From positions 1-62,365 of the IMG/VR virus record IMGVR_UViG_3300044632_002565: DNA of 62,365 bases; one strand, written 5' to 3'. The translations under genes were made by a program, and so were the position numbers. Below, one piece after another: positions 28,203-38,236 of this stretch. This DNA comes from a virus. Its lineage: Duplodnaviria > Caudoviricetes. Below the pieces are notes generated by a model that searched no databases, was not told the DNA's origin, and saw nothing but the letters and a program-made list of their open reading frames with translations. How positions within the stretch are numbered: position 1 is the stretch's first letter; each line of letters starts with the position of its first letter.

Positions 28203-29837
28203 TCAATTAAACTTTTTCATTCGTTCCATCATTTCGTTTATCTTATTTTTTTGAATCACAATACTTTCAACAACATCCTCACTCATGTTAGAAAATTCAT
28301 CGTCACCTGTCATAGATGTTATATCTTCCCATGAAGCATTTCTATCTATTTTGTCAGGATTTAATTCATTTGGTTCCAAATCCCAATATACATCTTCATT
28401 TTCTCCCTCATATCCACCGAGCTCTTCACCACCCCAACTATGTGTTTGATACGGTCCCGCTTTTCCTGGCCCCGTACTCACAAAAGCATAAGGTTTTTTT
28501 GCTGAGGTTTGTGATGCTTGTGCACCTGAAATGTCAACCTCCTCCAATTCTTCTTCCCACGCAGATGACATTTCTTCATAAACAGGGTAAACGTCACCAC
28601 CATTTTCATTTCCACCTCCCGACACAAACTCATAAGGTTTTTTAACATCTTTATCATCCAAATCCATATCATCAGCGGGGATAGTGAACGTGTCTTCGAT
28701 TGGGCCATCAGAATCAAAATTAAAAGCGGGGTCTACATTACTTAAATCCATATCAGGTGCATTTCCTCCACCTGTAAAACCACCTTCTCTCAAACCTATA
28801 GCCGCTGATTTTATACTTGAAATTGGTTTTTGTCTCAACGTTCCTCCGTCACCCACGGGCCCGTCAGATTTGAAATCATAAGCCGGTTCTATTTCGTTAT
28901 AATGTTTTCCCATAGAAAGTGGTGTATTAGAAGTAGCACTTTCTTTACTCATTATTTTTTTCATGTGGTGGTCTTTTTCAAAACTATTGTCGTAGTTGTC
29001 ACCTCCTTCAACGTAATCAAATTCACCTTTCAAATCCAAATCTTTAACATTATATATGTCATCTAATTTTCCACCTCTTTCGTATAAAGCCATTTTATTT
29101 AAATAAAAACCCAACTCATCGGCCTTTCTTTTATAAGCGTTCAAAACCCTCATTTTATATGCGGGATTCATTTCAGGGTTCATTTCCTCTAAAGACCTAT
29201 ACATTCTCATACTTGTGTTCAAATGTTCTTCAGTTTTAGAGTCCTGAATAAGTTTGATAATTTTTTCGATAGCTTCTGGTTCATATGGGCGTCTATCCTT
29301 AACTTCTCTTCTTTTCAAAATTTTTTTCACCGCTGGAATATCTAAAATTCCCTCATTAGTTTTTTCTTTGTCTTTTTCATTTTTTATACCGTCAATTTCA
29401 TCTTCTAAATCTATTAAAAAATCTCCGAATTTTTTCAGAGCCTTCTCAAGTTTTGTATCCTCATCTTTTTCCATCCATTTTTCAAATCTTGTTTTTTTTC
29501 TAGTTTTGGTTTCAGTTTCTTCTTCCATTTCTCCTTTCCATCCACATTCTGAACACTCTCCCTCTCTCATTTCTGAACCACATTCTGAACACATACCCTT
29601 TTCCTCTGTTATATTTCGGTCAACTTGTTCATAAATTTTATTGGTATACCCAACTAATTTACCATCGTTAGTTAAAGTGGCACCAAGTTTATCTTTTGCA
29701 AAATCTTGAACATAAAGAGGTTGTTCGTTGGAAACTTTCGGTTGCATTGTTTGGTAACCATTATAAAGTTCTTTATGTTTTGATAAAATATTTTCTTTCT
29801 CTTCCGAAGAAACTTGTTGTAGAAACCAAGGATTCAT
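28203..29837 (-). CDS. Acidic repeat protein with CSECG Zn ribbon, putative head-internal protein
   Basis: CSECG x2; four P(A/Y)xFxSxG repeats; VSSEEKENILSKH leader. Confidence 0.7.
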   Translation of the reverse strand: MNPWFLQQVSSEEKENILSKHKELYNGYQTMQPKVSNEQPLYVQDFAKDKLGATLTNDGKLVGYTNKIYEQVDRNITEEKGMCSECGSEMREGECSECGWKGEMEEETETKTRKKTRFEKWMEKDEDTKLEKALKKFGDFLIDLEDEIDGIKNEKDKEKTNEGILDIPAVKKILKRREVKDRRPYEPEAIEKIIKLIQDSKTEEHLNTSMRMYRSLEEMNPEMNPAYKMRVLNAYKRKADELGFYLNKMALYERGGKLDDIYNVKDLDLKGEFDYVEGGDNYDNSFEKDHHMKKIMSKESATSNTPLSMGKHYNEIEPAYDFKSDGPVGDGGTLRQKPISSIKSAAIGLREGGFTGGGNAPDMDLSNVDPAFNFDSDGPIEDTFTIPADDMDLDDKDVKKPYEFVSGGGNENGGDVYPVYEEMSSAWEEELEEVDISGAQASQTSAKKPYAFVSTGPGKAGPYQTHSWGGEELGGYEGENEDVYWDLEPNELNPDKIDRNASWEDITSMTGDDEFSNMSEDVVESIVIQKNKINEMMERMKKFN

Positions 29838-30010
29838 AATTTTTTCTTTATAAATATCTTTGAAAATATCTTTTTTTGATTTGACATCAAATAAAAATTG
29901 TTGTAATTTTGTTTTGAAAACAAGTGGGATTTAAATTTCTGTTAGTAACTTGGTAATTGCTTGTAGCCTTATTTATAAATCACTTGTTTTCACTTTTAAA
30001 AAAAATCAAA

Positions 30011-30214
30011 ATGCACATACTACTTTTTAACACCACAACCAAAACAGTTCAAGTAACTGAGAATACCAAAATACTTTTTTCTTATTCAAATGTTCCAACC
30101 GTAAAAATTAGAGAAGAGGGTTTCTATGAAGTTATGAGAGAAACTTCGAACGAAGAAAGATTACCGGTTGCTAGATTTCCGATTCAAAACACTATCATGC
30201 TAATTGAAAAATAA
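30011..30214 (+). CDS. Hypothetical protein
   Basis: Start moved to ATG 30011. Confidence 0.6.
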   Translation: MHILLFNTTTKTVQVTENTKILFSYSNVPTVKIREEGFYEVMRETSNEERLPVARFPIQNTIMLIEK

Positions 30215-30229
30215 TTTAGATTGATTATT

Positions 30230-30412
30230 ATGAAAAACGAAGAGTTAGTTAAAAATCTCATCAAAGAGGCTGAAGAATTAAAAATCAAAGAGAACGTTCT
30301 TTGCACGGTTGAAAAACTCATGGAGCTGAATCCCCTAATGAGTAAATTGGACGCATTGAAATTAGCTTTGAGTAACGCTAAACTACATGCAGGTTTAAAC
30401 GTACGTAAATGA
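30230..30412 (+). CDS. Hypothetical protein
   Basis: Coupled to thyA. Confidence 0.55.
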   Translation: MKNEELVKNLIKEAEELKIKENVLCTVEKLMELNPLMSKLDALKLALSNAKLHAGLNVRK

Positions 30413-31752
30413 ACAATTTAGACAAACAATATCAAAGACTTTTACAAGATATTATTGATTATGGTGTAGAAAAGACCGATAGGACCGGTACTGGTACAAA
30501 ATCTATCTTTGGTTACACCATTAGACATAACATGAAAGAGGGATTCCCGCTTCTTACCACTAAGAAGATGGCATGGAAATCTATTGTAATTGAATTACTA
30601 TGGTTTTTAAAAGGGGATACCAATATCAAATATCTTGTTGATAATGACTGTCATATTTGGAATGGTGATGCGTATAAGAGATATCACACTGTAATGAATA
30701 GCGATGACTACATTGAAAATTGGGTTGAACCGGGAAAGGAACGAGAAGAAGCTAGAAAAAATAAAGGAAATAACGGTTATACTAAAGAAGAATTCATTAA
30801 TGAAATAAAAACAGATGATGAGTTTGCTAAGAAGTGGGGTGAACTCGGTCCCCTGTATGGAAAGCAATGGAGAAGTTGGGGTAAAAAAAACGTAATAAAT
30901 TATGATTTAGAAAATGTAAAAAGTTCTGACAAAGTTAAAGTTATGGACTTAATTCATGATGGTGGCGATTATAGTAAATATGATGTTAAAGTAACATACC
31001 AAAATAATTCAATAGACCAAATCGCAAACCTAATCAACGACCTTAAAACAAATCCAGACTCAAGACGATTAATGGTTAATGCTTGGAATGTAGGTGAATT
31101 AAACCGAATGGTTCTTCCACCTTGTCATTATGGATTTCAAGTTTATACTAGAGAGCTGAGTTATGAAGAAAGATGCGATATATTTAAACCCAATACTAAG
31201 AATTTTAGAACTGAAACAAATTCATATATAAAAGATTTGAACATTAAAATAATGAATGATTGTGAAATTCCAACTAGAGCAATTTCTCTGATGTGGAATC
31301 AACGCTCTGTCGATACATTCCTTGGTTTACCTTTCAATATAGCTTCATATGGTTTACTTCTCACATTTCTTGCGAAAGAGGTCAATATGGTACCTGACCA
31401 ACTAATAGGAAACCTTGGCGACGTACACCTATATTCAAATCATATCGAACAAGCAAAACAACAAATTGGTCGTGAACTGAGTTATGAAGAAAGATATCAC
31501 ACTTGGTTTGCAAACAACTACGAAACCGGTTTTGAATATAATGAAAATGAGAAAGTAGATTTTGATAACCCCTATTGGACTCCAACACCAAAATCGACGA
31601 GAGAACCTTACCCTTTACCTGAAGTTTTGTTAAATTTTGAATATGAGTATCAAGAGGGATATAAAATACTTTGGGACAAAATAGATTTAAATAAGATTGA
31701 AATTTTAAATTATCAATCACATCCTCCAATCAAAGCACCTTTATCTAACTAA
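30409..31752 (+). CDS. thyA: Thymidylate synthase with large insertions
   Basis: DRTGTGT, FPLLTTKK, ELGPLYGKQWR, LPPCH, QRSVDTFLGLPFNIASY, GDVHLYSNH. Confidence 0.97.
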   Translation: MNNLDKQYQRLLQDIIDYGVEKTDRTGTGTKSIFGYTIRHNMKEGFPLLTTKKMAWKSIVIELLWFLKGDTNIKYLVDNDCHIWNGDAYKRYHTVMNSDDYIENWVEPGKEREEARKNKGNNGYTKEEFINEIKTDDEFAKKWGELGPLYGKQWRSWGKKNVINYDLENVKSSDKVKVMDLIHDGGDYSKYDVKVTYQNNSIDQIANLINDLKTNPDSRRLMVNAWNVGELNRMVLPPCHYGFQVYTRELSYEERCDIFKPNTKNFRTETNSYIKDLNIKIMNDCEIPTRAISLMWNQRSVDTFLGLPFNIASYGLLLTFLAKEVNMVPDQLIGNLGDVHLYSNHIEQAKQQIGRELSYEERYHTWFANNYETGFEYNENEKVDFDNPYWTPTPKSTREPYPLPEVLLNFEYEYQEGYKILWDKIDLNKIEILNYQSHPPIKAPLSN

Positions 31753-32341
31753 AAGAAATATATATATCTAAAAGTTTTTTACTTATTTCTCGAGCTCGTG
31801 AATTTACAGAATCCATATCATCCACATCCATATTTTTTGATTTCATATATGATACCAAGTTTGACACAAAAATATTTCTAGCCTTTTCTGCATCTTCTAA
31901 AAATTCTTGAAATTTCTCGTCATCTTCCCTACCTTCTCCATAATATCTATCAATATGGTTTTTACCAGCATAAATTAAAGGAGCAGCACCAAACATATTT
32001 ACGATTCCAGAATCTCTCATTTTAACCAAAAACTCTCTGAAAAATCTCCAATCAAAATGTTTGAATATTTCTTTGTTTCTTTTGAAGGATTCAATAGTAT
32101 TTTTTTGTTCAGTGATTTGATTGTCAACAATTTTTTTCCAAGCATCAGTTTGTGTAAGTAGTGATAATGAAGACCCATTGTCCCATTTCACAGAAATAAT
32201 TTCGGAATCAGGCTCAAAAGGGTCTCTAGTTATTTTAGTCACCTCTCCATAGGTACCAGGTGTTACAGAGGTTTCACCTTCCATATATAGACACATTATT
32301 CTATCACCAACAGATAAAGGAGCGTTTGTTATACCTTTCAT
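31745..32341 (-). CDS. DUF4314-like SH3 domain fused to RDSG.VNMF helical domain
   Basis: VGDRI...GTYGEV...VKWDNGSSLSL; MRDSGIVNMFGA. Confidence 0.6.
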   Translation of the reverse strand: MKGITNAPLSVGDRIMCLYMEGETSVTPGTYGEVTKITRDPFEPDSEIISVKWDNGSSLSLLTQTDAWKKIVDNQITEQKNTIESFKRNKEIFKHFDWRFFREFLVKMRDSGIVNMFGAAPLIYAGKNHIDRYYGEGREDDEKFQEFLEDAEKARNIFVSNLVSYMKSKNMDVDDMDSVNSRAREISKKLLDIYISFS

Positions 32342-32374
32342 ACCATAATAAATACTTCGAGTATATTTATTATT

Positions 32375-33010
32375 ATGGATTTTTTAATCACCGAAAGTCA
32401 ATTCAAGACATTAGTTTTAGAAAATAATAGTGAACAATTTTCAGAATACATGAAAATAATGTATTCATTTGCAAAAAATATTGTTCAACGGGTTAAAAAA
32501 AAATATTCTTTAAACACCAAACTACTACTCACCTGGGGTGCTGCTTTGGGTGGATTAGTGATGCCTTTGGACGGATTCATAAAAACAGGAAACTTTACAC
32601 TCGATGATAATCAGACCGCTTTGATTTTAATTGGTTGTGCTGCCGCAATGTTTTATGATAACAAAAAATACTTTGAAAGAATTTTCGAGGAAATAAAAAA
32701 TCAGAATCTTGAAGAACCTTTCAAACAGACTTTATCAAAAGGGTTAGAACTAAAGAAAACATTTGTAAACTTTATTAGTTCGTTGAGAATAAGTTTGGGT
32801 TCAGTATCTGAAATTACCTCTTACGGTTTTTTAGTTCCGATAATAATGGATATTATAGATTTTTTAAAAACTGGGGATTTCGAAAAAAATTTAGATTTAG
32901 TTGTCTCCAGAATTATAGGTTCGGGATTAGTTTTAGTTGTTGCAGAAATTTTAAGAGAATTACTCAGACAAATCAAAAATAGGCTTACTATTCAAATTCG
33001 GGGAAATTAA
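32375..33010 (+). CDS. Hydrophobic protein with ITESQ leader
   Basis: MDFLITESQF; several hydrophobic helices; TATTTAT at 32364. Confidence 0.7.
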   Translation: MDFLITESQFKTLVLENNSEQFSEYMKIMYSFAKNIVQRVKKKYSLNTKLLLTWGAALGGLVMPLDGFIKTGNFTLDDNQTALILIGCAAAMFYDNKKYFERIFEEIKNQNLEEPFKQTLSKGLELKKTFVNFISSLRISLGSVSEITSYGFLVPIIMDIIDFLKTGDFEKNLDLVVSRIIGSGLVLVVAEILRELLRQIKNRLTIQIRGN

Positions 33011-33734
33011 TAATTTTTGAGCTTACCTCTGCTTTTCTTTGAATTCCGTTTATCTCATTTACATATACGTAGGCAACATAGTAAATCTCAAGATGGTTAA
33101 TTTGCATCTCAGGTTCAAGAGTATTATAAATAATATTTTCGATTTCAACACGAAAATTATAAGATTCATCATCAATCATGATTTTATCTTGTATCATGGA
33201 ACAAAATTCTGATAATACATCCCCGTATTTTTCAATTACAGGAAATGGCTCACCGTCTATATCAAAACGTCTCAAATTCATATCAAAATGAAAATAAATT
33301 TCCCCCCCACCTTTTTCTGTGTTTACAAATAGCTCTGAAGGAGTATATACAACCTCAAAACTTACCTCTTGTTCACGCGAATTTCTATAAGAAAAAATAT
33401 TATTTTCTTTGTTCAATCTTGCTAACAATTCTTCCCTTTTTTCTTGTGAAATAAAAACTTTCATGGGGTCCATTCGGTTAAATTCAAATTCAATACCAAT
33501 CGCCATTTTTTCTTCACCCATCAATCTAATTTTATTATACACAATAGACTCAATATCATCTACCATCTTTTGTCTACAATAAGACTGAAATGGGTTTTTG
33601 GTAGTAATATTCAAAATGAAATTGGGTGTTTCTTCGTCACCATCATATGGTACTACATCCAAAAAATTATACATATAAGTACCGATTGGAATGGATTTAC
33701 CTTTCAAAAGTTTTTTTAAAATTTTCACGTACAT
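32988..33734 (-). CDS. Hypothetical protein
   Basis: 248-aa ORF with upstream TATTTAT. Confidence 0.7.
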   Translation of the reverse strand: MYVKILKKLLKGKSIPIGTYMYNFLDVVPYDGDEETPNFILNITTKNPFQSYCRQKMVDDIESIVYNKIRLMGEEKMAIGIEFEFNRMDPMKVFISQEKREELLARLNKENNIFSYRNSREQEVSFEVVYTPSELFVNTEKGGGEIYFHFDMNLRRFDIDGEPFPVIEKYGDVLSEFCSMIQDKIMIDDESYNFRVEIENIIYNTLEPEMQINHLEIYYVAYVYVNEINGIQRKAEVSSKIINFPEFE

Positions 33735-33773
33735 ATTGATAAATACTATAAATTTTCTATTGTTTTGAAACCG

Positions 33774-33859
33774 GGAAGTGTGGCAGAGTTGGTCTATCGC
33801 GCTAGTCTTGAAAACTAGAGACCTTAACGGGTCCGTTGGTTCGAATCCAACCGCTTCCG
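33774..33859 (+). tRNA. tRNA-Ser(TGA)
   Basis: CTAGT-CT TGA AA-ACTAG; long variable arm; G73; terminator follows. Confidence 0.95.
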
Positions 33860-33939
33860 CAAAAAGAAGGTGAATTATTCACCTTCTTTTTTATTTGACA
33901 GATATTTTTATTTTCACTATTTTTTCAAAAAACTAATTT

Positions 33940-34947
33940 ATGTCCCGACTTGATGAATTGAAAAAACAATATCCAGAACTCAATATCACTATGTTTGATG
34001 TGTTCAAATCTATGGACCCTACAAGTTCCTACAAATATTTTCCTTTGTTTTGTAAAATTTTTAGTAAAAAATGGAGAATCAACGAACAATATCCAAAAGA
34101 TGAAATACCTAAAGTGACTATGGAATTTAGAACTCTACTCACGAATTTTGGTATCAATACCCAAAGTTTTAGTGACAATCAGAATTATTTCCTGAGACAT
34201 CTAATGGACTTTTATCCAAACAGTCATTTCGAGACCTTGAGAGAATTTATTTCTTTAATGGAGAATAAAAGATTACAGAATAAAGACGTTACTTCTTATA
34301 ATTCTCTTGATGATATAAGGATGTCTGTTTCTTTAGCAAGCATAAACGAATTGAATCGTGAATTAGAAGGTCAAGTAATAAAAGAATACGAAGACGATAA
34401 ATGGGTTATTGTTAGACCTCTCACATTTGCATCTTCTGCGAAGTATGGAGCATCAACGAGATGGTGTACAACTTACAAACATGATAAGGCATACTTCGAG
34501 AGGTATTGGCGCCAAGGGATATTAGTTTATTTTATAAATAAATTCACAGGTTATAAATTTGCCGGTTACAAATCACTTTCAGATAAAGATTTATCATTCT
34601 GGAATGCTGAGGACACGAGAGTTGATTATTTAGATGTGGACGCTGATGAATATTTGTTTCCAATAGTAAGAAGAATATTCCAATCAAAAGACACAAATAA
34701 AAATTTTTGCAGCGATGAATTACAAGAAAAGGTACATCAGGAATGTTTACATGATTTGGAATTAAAGTGTCGTGTTGATGAACCTATCGTTGAGGCGACT
34801 CCAAGGGTTGCACGAGCTTATACTGAAGGAGATGTACCAAACCAACAACCCCTTCCTGAAGATTACAGGTCTTACAATGATGTCATAGAAGGATATATCA
34901 CAACCCAAACTGATATCCCGATATATGAAACACCAAATATCGCTTAA
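33940..34947 (+). CDS. Phage protein with KDVTSY...YGASTRWC domain
   Basis: Paralog of 2115 ORF domain. Confidence 0.75.
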   Translation: MSRLDELKKQYPELNITMFDVFKSMDPTSSYKYFPLFCKIFSKKWRINEQYPKDEIPKVTMEFRTLLTNFGINTQSFSDNQNYFLRHLMDFYPNSHFETLREFISLMENKRLQNKDVTSYNSLDDIRMSVSLASINELNRELEGQVIKEYEDDKWVIVRPLTFASSAKYGASTRWCTTYKHDKAYFERYWRQGILVYFINKFTGYKFAGYKSLSDKDLSFWNAEDTRVDYLDVDADEYLFPIVRRIFQSKDTNKNFCSDELQEKVHQECLHDLELKCRVDEPIVEATPRVARAYTEGDVPNQQPLPEDYRSYNDVIEGYITTQTDIPIYETPNIA

Positions 34948-35150
34948 ATTAAAACAACTAATTTTCCGGAAATTTTTTTTGGTTCCCCATCTACAATTTC
35001 GATGTCAAAATTATTTTCGGATTTGAGAAATTCTTTTATGTCCTCCGTGATTGGAAATTCTTTTATGCAATCCACAATTAAAGAATTATGGGCCTTGTAT
35101 TTGAAATATCCAATTTCCTCTGTATCAATCAAATTCTTCAATTTCAACAA
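34944..35150 (-). CDS. Hypothetical protein
   Basis: 68-aa ORF at operon end. Confidence 0.5.
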   Translation of the reverse strand: MLKLKNLIDTEEIGYFKYKAHNSLIVDCIKEFPITEDIKEFLKSENNFDIEIVDGEPKKISGKLVVLI

Positions 35151-35397
35151 CTAATTTAGAATTTCCTTTTATTACTCTATGCCAAACAAATTTGGGAATA
35201 AATATTTGTTCGGCAACATACAATTTGTTTGGCAAATCATCGTCCATTTGGAATGACCACCCACCATCTTCAATTATTGTGACTTTTCGGTCTTTCAAAT
35301 CCTGATGCCATTTCAATTCATCTGTATCAACATCAGGATGAAATGTCCTAATAATTTTACCTGAATCAGTTGTATTTTGTTCAAATGGAAAAATCAT
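35125..35397 (-). CDS. Small cupin-like phage protein
   Basis: ELKWHQD, W.FQMD, IFIPKFVWHRVIKG. Confidence 0.75.
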   Translation of the reverse strand: MIFPFEQNTTDSGKIIRTFHPDVDTDELKWHQDLKDRKVTIIEDGGWSFQMDDDLPNKLYVAEQIFIPKFVWHRVIKGNSKLVVEIEEFD

Positions 35398-35728
35398 TTC
35401 TAGTCCTTCCTTTTTTGAAAAAAGGTCTTTTGTTCCAATGTATTTTTATCTTATTAACTATAGATAATAATTTGAAAAAATCCTCAACATCTCTTTCTAC
35501 AGATTTGTATTTGCTGGTAGGAATATCCCAACCTTTTGATACAAACGATTCTGGTTCGGTATCTATAAAAACGTGGATTATAGGGGGGTTGAAACTTCCT
35601 TTCAAAATATCATGAACAGTGAATTTGATATCTTCCCCTTCGGGTAAATCATTTTTGACCCTCTGAGTGACAACTGAATCTAAATAATTCTGTAAATGTT
35701 TTTTTATTCTATCGGCATCCATCACCAA
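35381..35728 (-). CDS. Hypothetical protein
   Basis: In-operon ORF. Confidence 0.65.
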   Translation of the reverse strand: MVMDADRIKKHLQNYLDSVVTQRVKNDLPEGEDIKFTVHDILKGSFNPPIIHVFIDTEPESFVSKGWDIPTSKYKSVERDVEDFFKLLSIVNKIKIHWNKRPFFKKGRTRNDFSI

Positions 35729-36348
35729 GCATTTTTAGAAGCTAAACCCAATTGTTTTGCATATCTACCAACATTACAGGACCAATATCCAGCGGTTGTT
35801 CGGTCCTTTTTTTGGTCACATCTGTGTCTTGCTCTGAAGGATTTAGCAGCACCTTTATTTCTATTTCTAACTTTTAATTTTGGGTCTCCAAAAGTAACTT
35901 TTTTTACACCACCACCTTTGGATTTTACGTAAACTGCAAATTTCTTAGGACCACCAGGTGTTCTGAATGGTTTATTTAATTTAACATTTTTACCTCTATG
36001 TTTGGCTTCTTCAATAATTTCCTCTTCAGTCCATTCTTCAGTAATAAAAGGAGCATCCAAATAGACTATTTCACCATTTATTTTTACCCTTTTTCCTAAA
36101 TCGGATTCTACCATCAAAATATCTTCCTCATTTAGTTCAATCAAATCATTTTCCCATAAACTCCTGACTTCGTTCACTAATTTAAAATAACCCTCTGAAT
36201 AAACTCTAAAAATGTTATTTGTAAGTGATAATCCATTTTCAATGTGATATTTCAATGAATCAGAAATTTCAGTATTTTCTTTCAATACTAAAGACCGGTC
36301 CAAATATTCTTCTAAACTTTCTTTTATTAGGTTTTTGAGTTCATCCAT
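35722..36348 (-). CDS. Phage protein with basic C-terminal domain
   Basis: KFAVYVK..GVKKVTFGDP..KSFRARH.C..AGYWSC; acidic N-terminal half. Confidence 0.75.
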   Translation of the reverse strand: MDELKNLIKESLEEYLDRSLVLKENTEISDSLKYHIENGLSLTNNIFRVYSEGYFKLVNEVRSLWENDLIELNEEDILMVESDLGKRVKINGEIVYLDAPFITEEWTEEEIIEEAKHRGKNVKLNKPFRTPGGPKKFAVYVKSKGGGVKKVTFGDPKLKVRNRNKGAAKSFRARHRCDQKKDRTTAGYWSCNVGRYAKQLGLASKNAW

Positions 36349-36388
36349 AAAAAATTGTTTTTTTATATAAATAGTTTTATTTTTGGTT

Positions 36389-36580
36389 ATGAAAAATTTA
36401 GTGGGATTTTTATTTCTTTTCTGTAGATTTTATTGCGCTTATAAAATATTCATGTGGTTGTTCCAACGAAACTATTATAAAAATAATTTACCAATATCAG
36501 AAATTGAAAACATATTGGTTTTCATAATTTTTGATATATGGATAATGATATCAATACGGGAGATAAATAAAGATTACTAA
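36389..36580 (+). CDS. Small membrane protein
   Basis: Two hydrophobic segments. Confidence 0.45.
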   Translation: MKNLVGFLFLFCRFYCAYKIFMWLFQRNYYKNNLPISEIENILVFIIFDIWIMISIREINKDY

Positions 36581-37680
36581 GGTCGTAAAACAGCTAAAAC
36601 TTCCGGATACACACCCTCCAAAACCTTTTCGTTTTTACCTTCGTATGGTATGTTTTGCAAAACATATCTTATAGAATTCAAACCTGAAATTCTTTTATCT
36701 TGTGAATCAATAATAACCCAAGGGTGATTTATTGTTGAAGTTTTATCAAATAATTTTTCTTTAAATTCTGTAAACCTGTCCCACAAATCTTGCATTTGGG
36801 CATCGTTTGGAGAATATTTCCAATATTTCAATGGAGATTGTTGCCTCATTTGAAATCTTCTTTTCTGTGTTTCTTTATCTATAGAAAACCATAATTTGAA
36901 AAGATAATCTCCCTCCTTCACCAAATCGTTTTCGAAATCCTCAACGTTTTCCATAAAATCTTCATATTCCTCAGGGGTTCCATAACCCATGACAGGCTCA
37001 ACCAACCCTCTGTTATACCAACTCCTATCAAAAAAATTTATCATACCAGGTTGTATTCTATCTTTATACCTGTTCCACCAATTTTTTCTTTCATCAGGTG
37101 TAGGTATACCCAAAGCAATCACGTTATAATATCTCGGATTCAAATTCTCTGTAAATTTTTTTATTGTTGAGCCCTTACCCGCCGAATCTCTACCTTCGAA
37201 GACTATTATCACCGTTTTTCCCGTTTTTCTCAACCACTCTTGTAGTTTGACCAATTCAATTTGTAAGTAGTATAATTCTTTTTTATATATCTTTTTGGGT
37301 AAAATTGATGGTTCCTCGGGTTCAAATTCATAATCTTCACTTTCTGGTTCGACACCATAACCCCCTCTTTCCCTGAATTTCAAGGAAATAATAATATTTT
37401 TAAAATATTCTTCAATGTTCTTTTTTTTATCCCCTTTTTTCAGAAGAATTTTTCTTAAACCCCTATCCACCATTTCAAAATCAATAATTCTATCCTCGGA
37501 TAATTTTGAAATTTTCCAAAGTAACCCCTCGATTTTTTTATTATATAATTTCAAGAAAGTTAAAGTATCAACAACTTTTTTTAAATTGACATTCATGAAG
37601 GGAGCATCTTCAGGATTTTTTTTACCCTCAGAAAGACCCATAACAAACCTAATTCTTTCTACATCATTTAATAAATTCAT
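36577..37680 (-). CDS. ppk2: Polyphosphate kinase 2 with about 125-aa N-terminal extension
   Basis: Walker A FEGRDSAGKG, Walker B FDRSWYNR, WKYSPND lid. Confidence 0.93.
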   Translation of the reverse strand: MNLLNDVERIRFVMGLSEGKKNPEDAPFMNVNLKKVVDTLTFLKLYNKKIEGLLWKISKLSEDRIIDFEMVDRGLRKILLKKGDKKKNIEEYFKNIIISLKFRERGGYGVEPESEDYEFEPEEPSILPKKIYKKELYYLQIELVKLQEWLRKTGKTVIIVFEGRDSAGKGSTIKKFTENLNPRYYNVIALGIPTPDERKNWWNRYKDRIQPGMINFFDRSWYNRGLVEPVMGYGTPEEYEDFMENVEDFENDLVKEGDYLFKLWFSIDKETQKRRFQMRQQSPLKYWKYSPNDAQMQDLWDRFTEFKEKLFDKTSTINHPWVIIDSQDKRISGLNSIRYVLQNIPYEGKNEKVLEGVYPEVLAVLRP

Positions 37681-37744
37681 AATGAATTTTTTTATAAATA
37701 GTTGAGTTTAGTCATATTTATAGATTACCAAGTTACTAACAAAA

Positions 37745-38236
37745 ATGAAAAAATTATTCGTTTTAGCAATTTTTTTGCTATCTACCCTATTTTCATTTGG
37801 ACAAAACAAAAAGATTTGCTTGAATTCAATAGAAAACAAGATACAAATCGGTCAGATGATGGGAAATAGAAACCTTACTTTTGGTTTTAAAAACATTTTA
37901 TTAGAATATCTACAAGAAAAAGATTTACAACTTATTGACAGTTGTAATTTAGCTGATTTGAAAATTCAAATTGAATTAATTTACTTTGATGTTTTGAAAA
38001 CCAATTCGGGTTTTTCCGTAATCCATAAAGAAAACGACGAAACAGTTCTTAGGGTAAAGGCTAAGTTATTGAATACCGACGGAAAAAAAATCAAAGAAAC
38101 TTCAGTGACTGAAAAATCATCTGAAATATCAATGTCAACTTTGATAATTGCAGAAGGTGGTAAAATAAATCAACAATCCGTCTCAAATGTAATAAAAAAA
38201 TCATGCGAGACATTAATCAAAAATCTATTTGAATGA
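37745..38236 (+). CDS. Secreted protein, possibly CsgG/TolB-N-like fold
   Basis: Signal peptide; C-terminal INQQSVSNVIKKSC resembles FNQSTIGITTKKAL of 41013 ORF. Confidence 0.55.
   Translation: MKKLFVLAIFLLSTLFSFGQNKKICLNSIENKIQIGQMMGNRNLTFGFKNILLEYLQEKDLQLIDSCNLADLKIQIELIYFDVLKTNSGFSVIHKENDETVLRVKAKLLNTDGKKIKETSVTEKSSEISMSTLIIAEGGKINQQSVSNVIKKSCETLIKNLFE

Noticed and set aside
19325-29634. Many short plus-strand ORFs opposite large minus-strand genes
   Set aside because: Antisense shadow frames with F/S/L-rich composition
30409-31752. Intein or intron in thyA
   Set aside because: Frame uninterrupted; insertions short and without splice motifs
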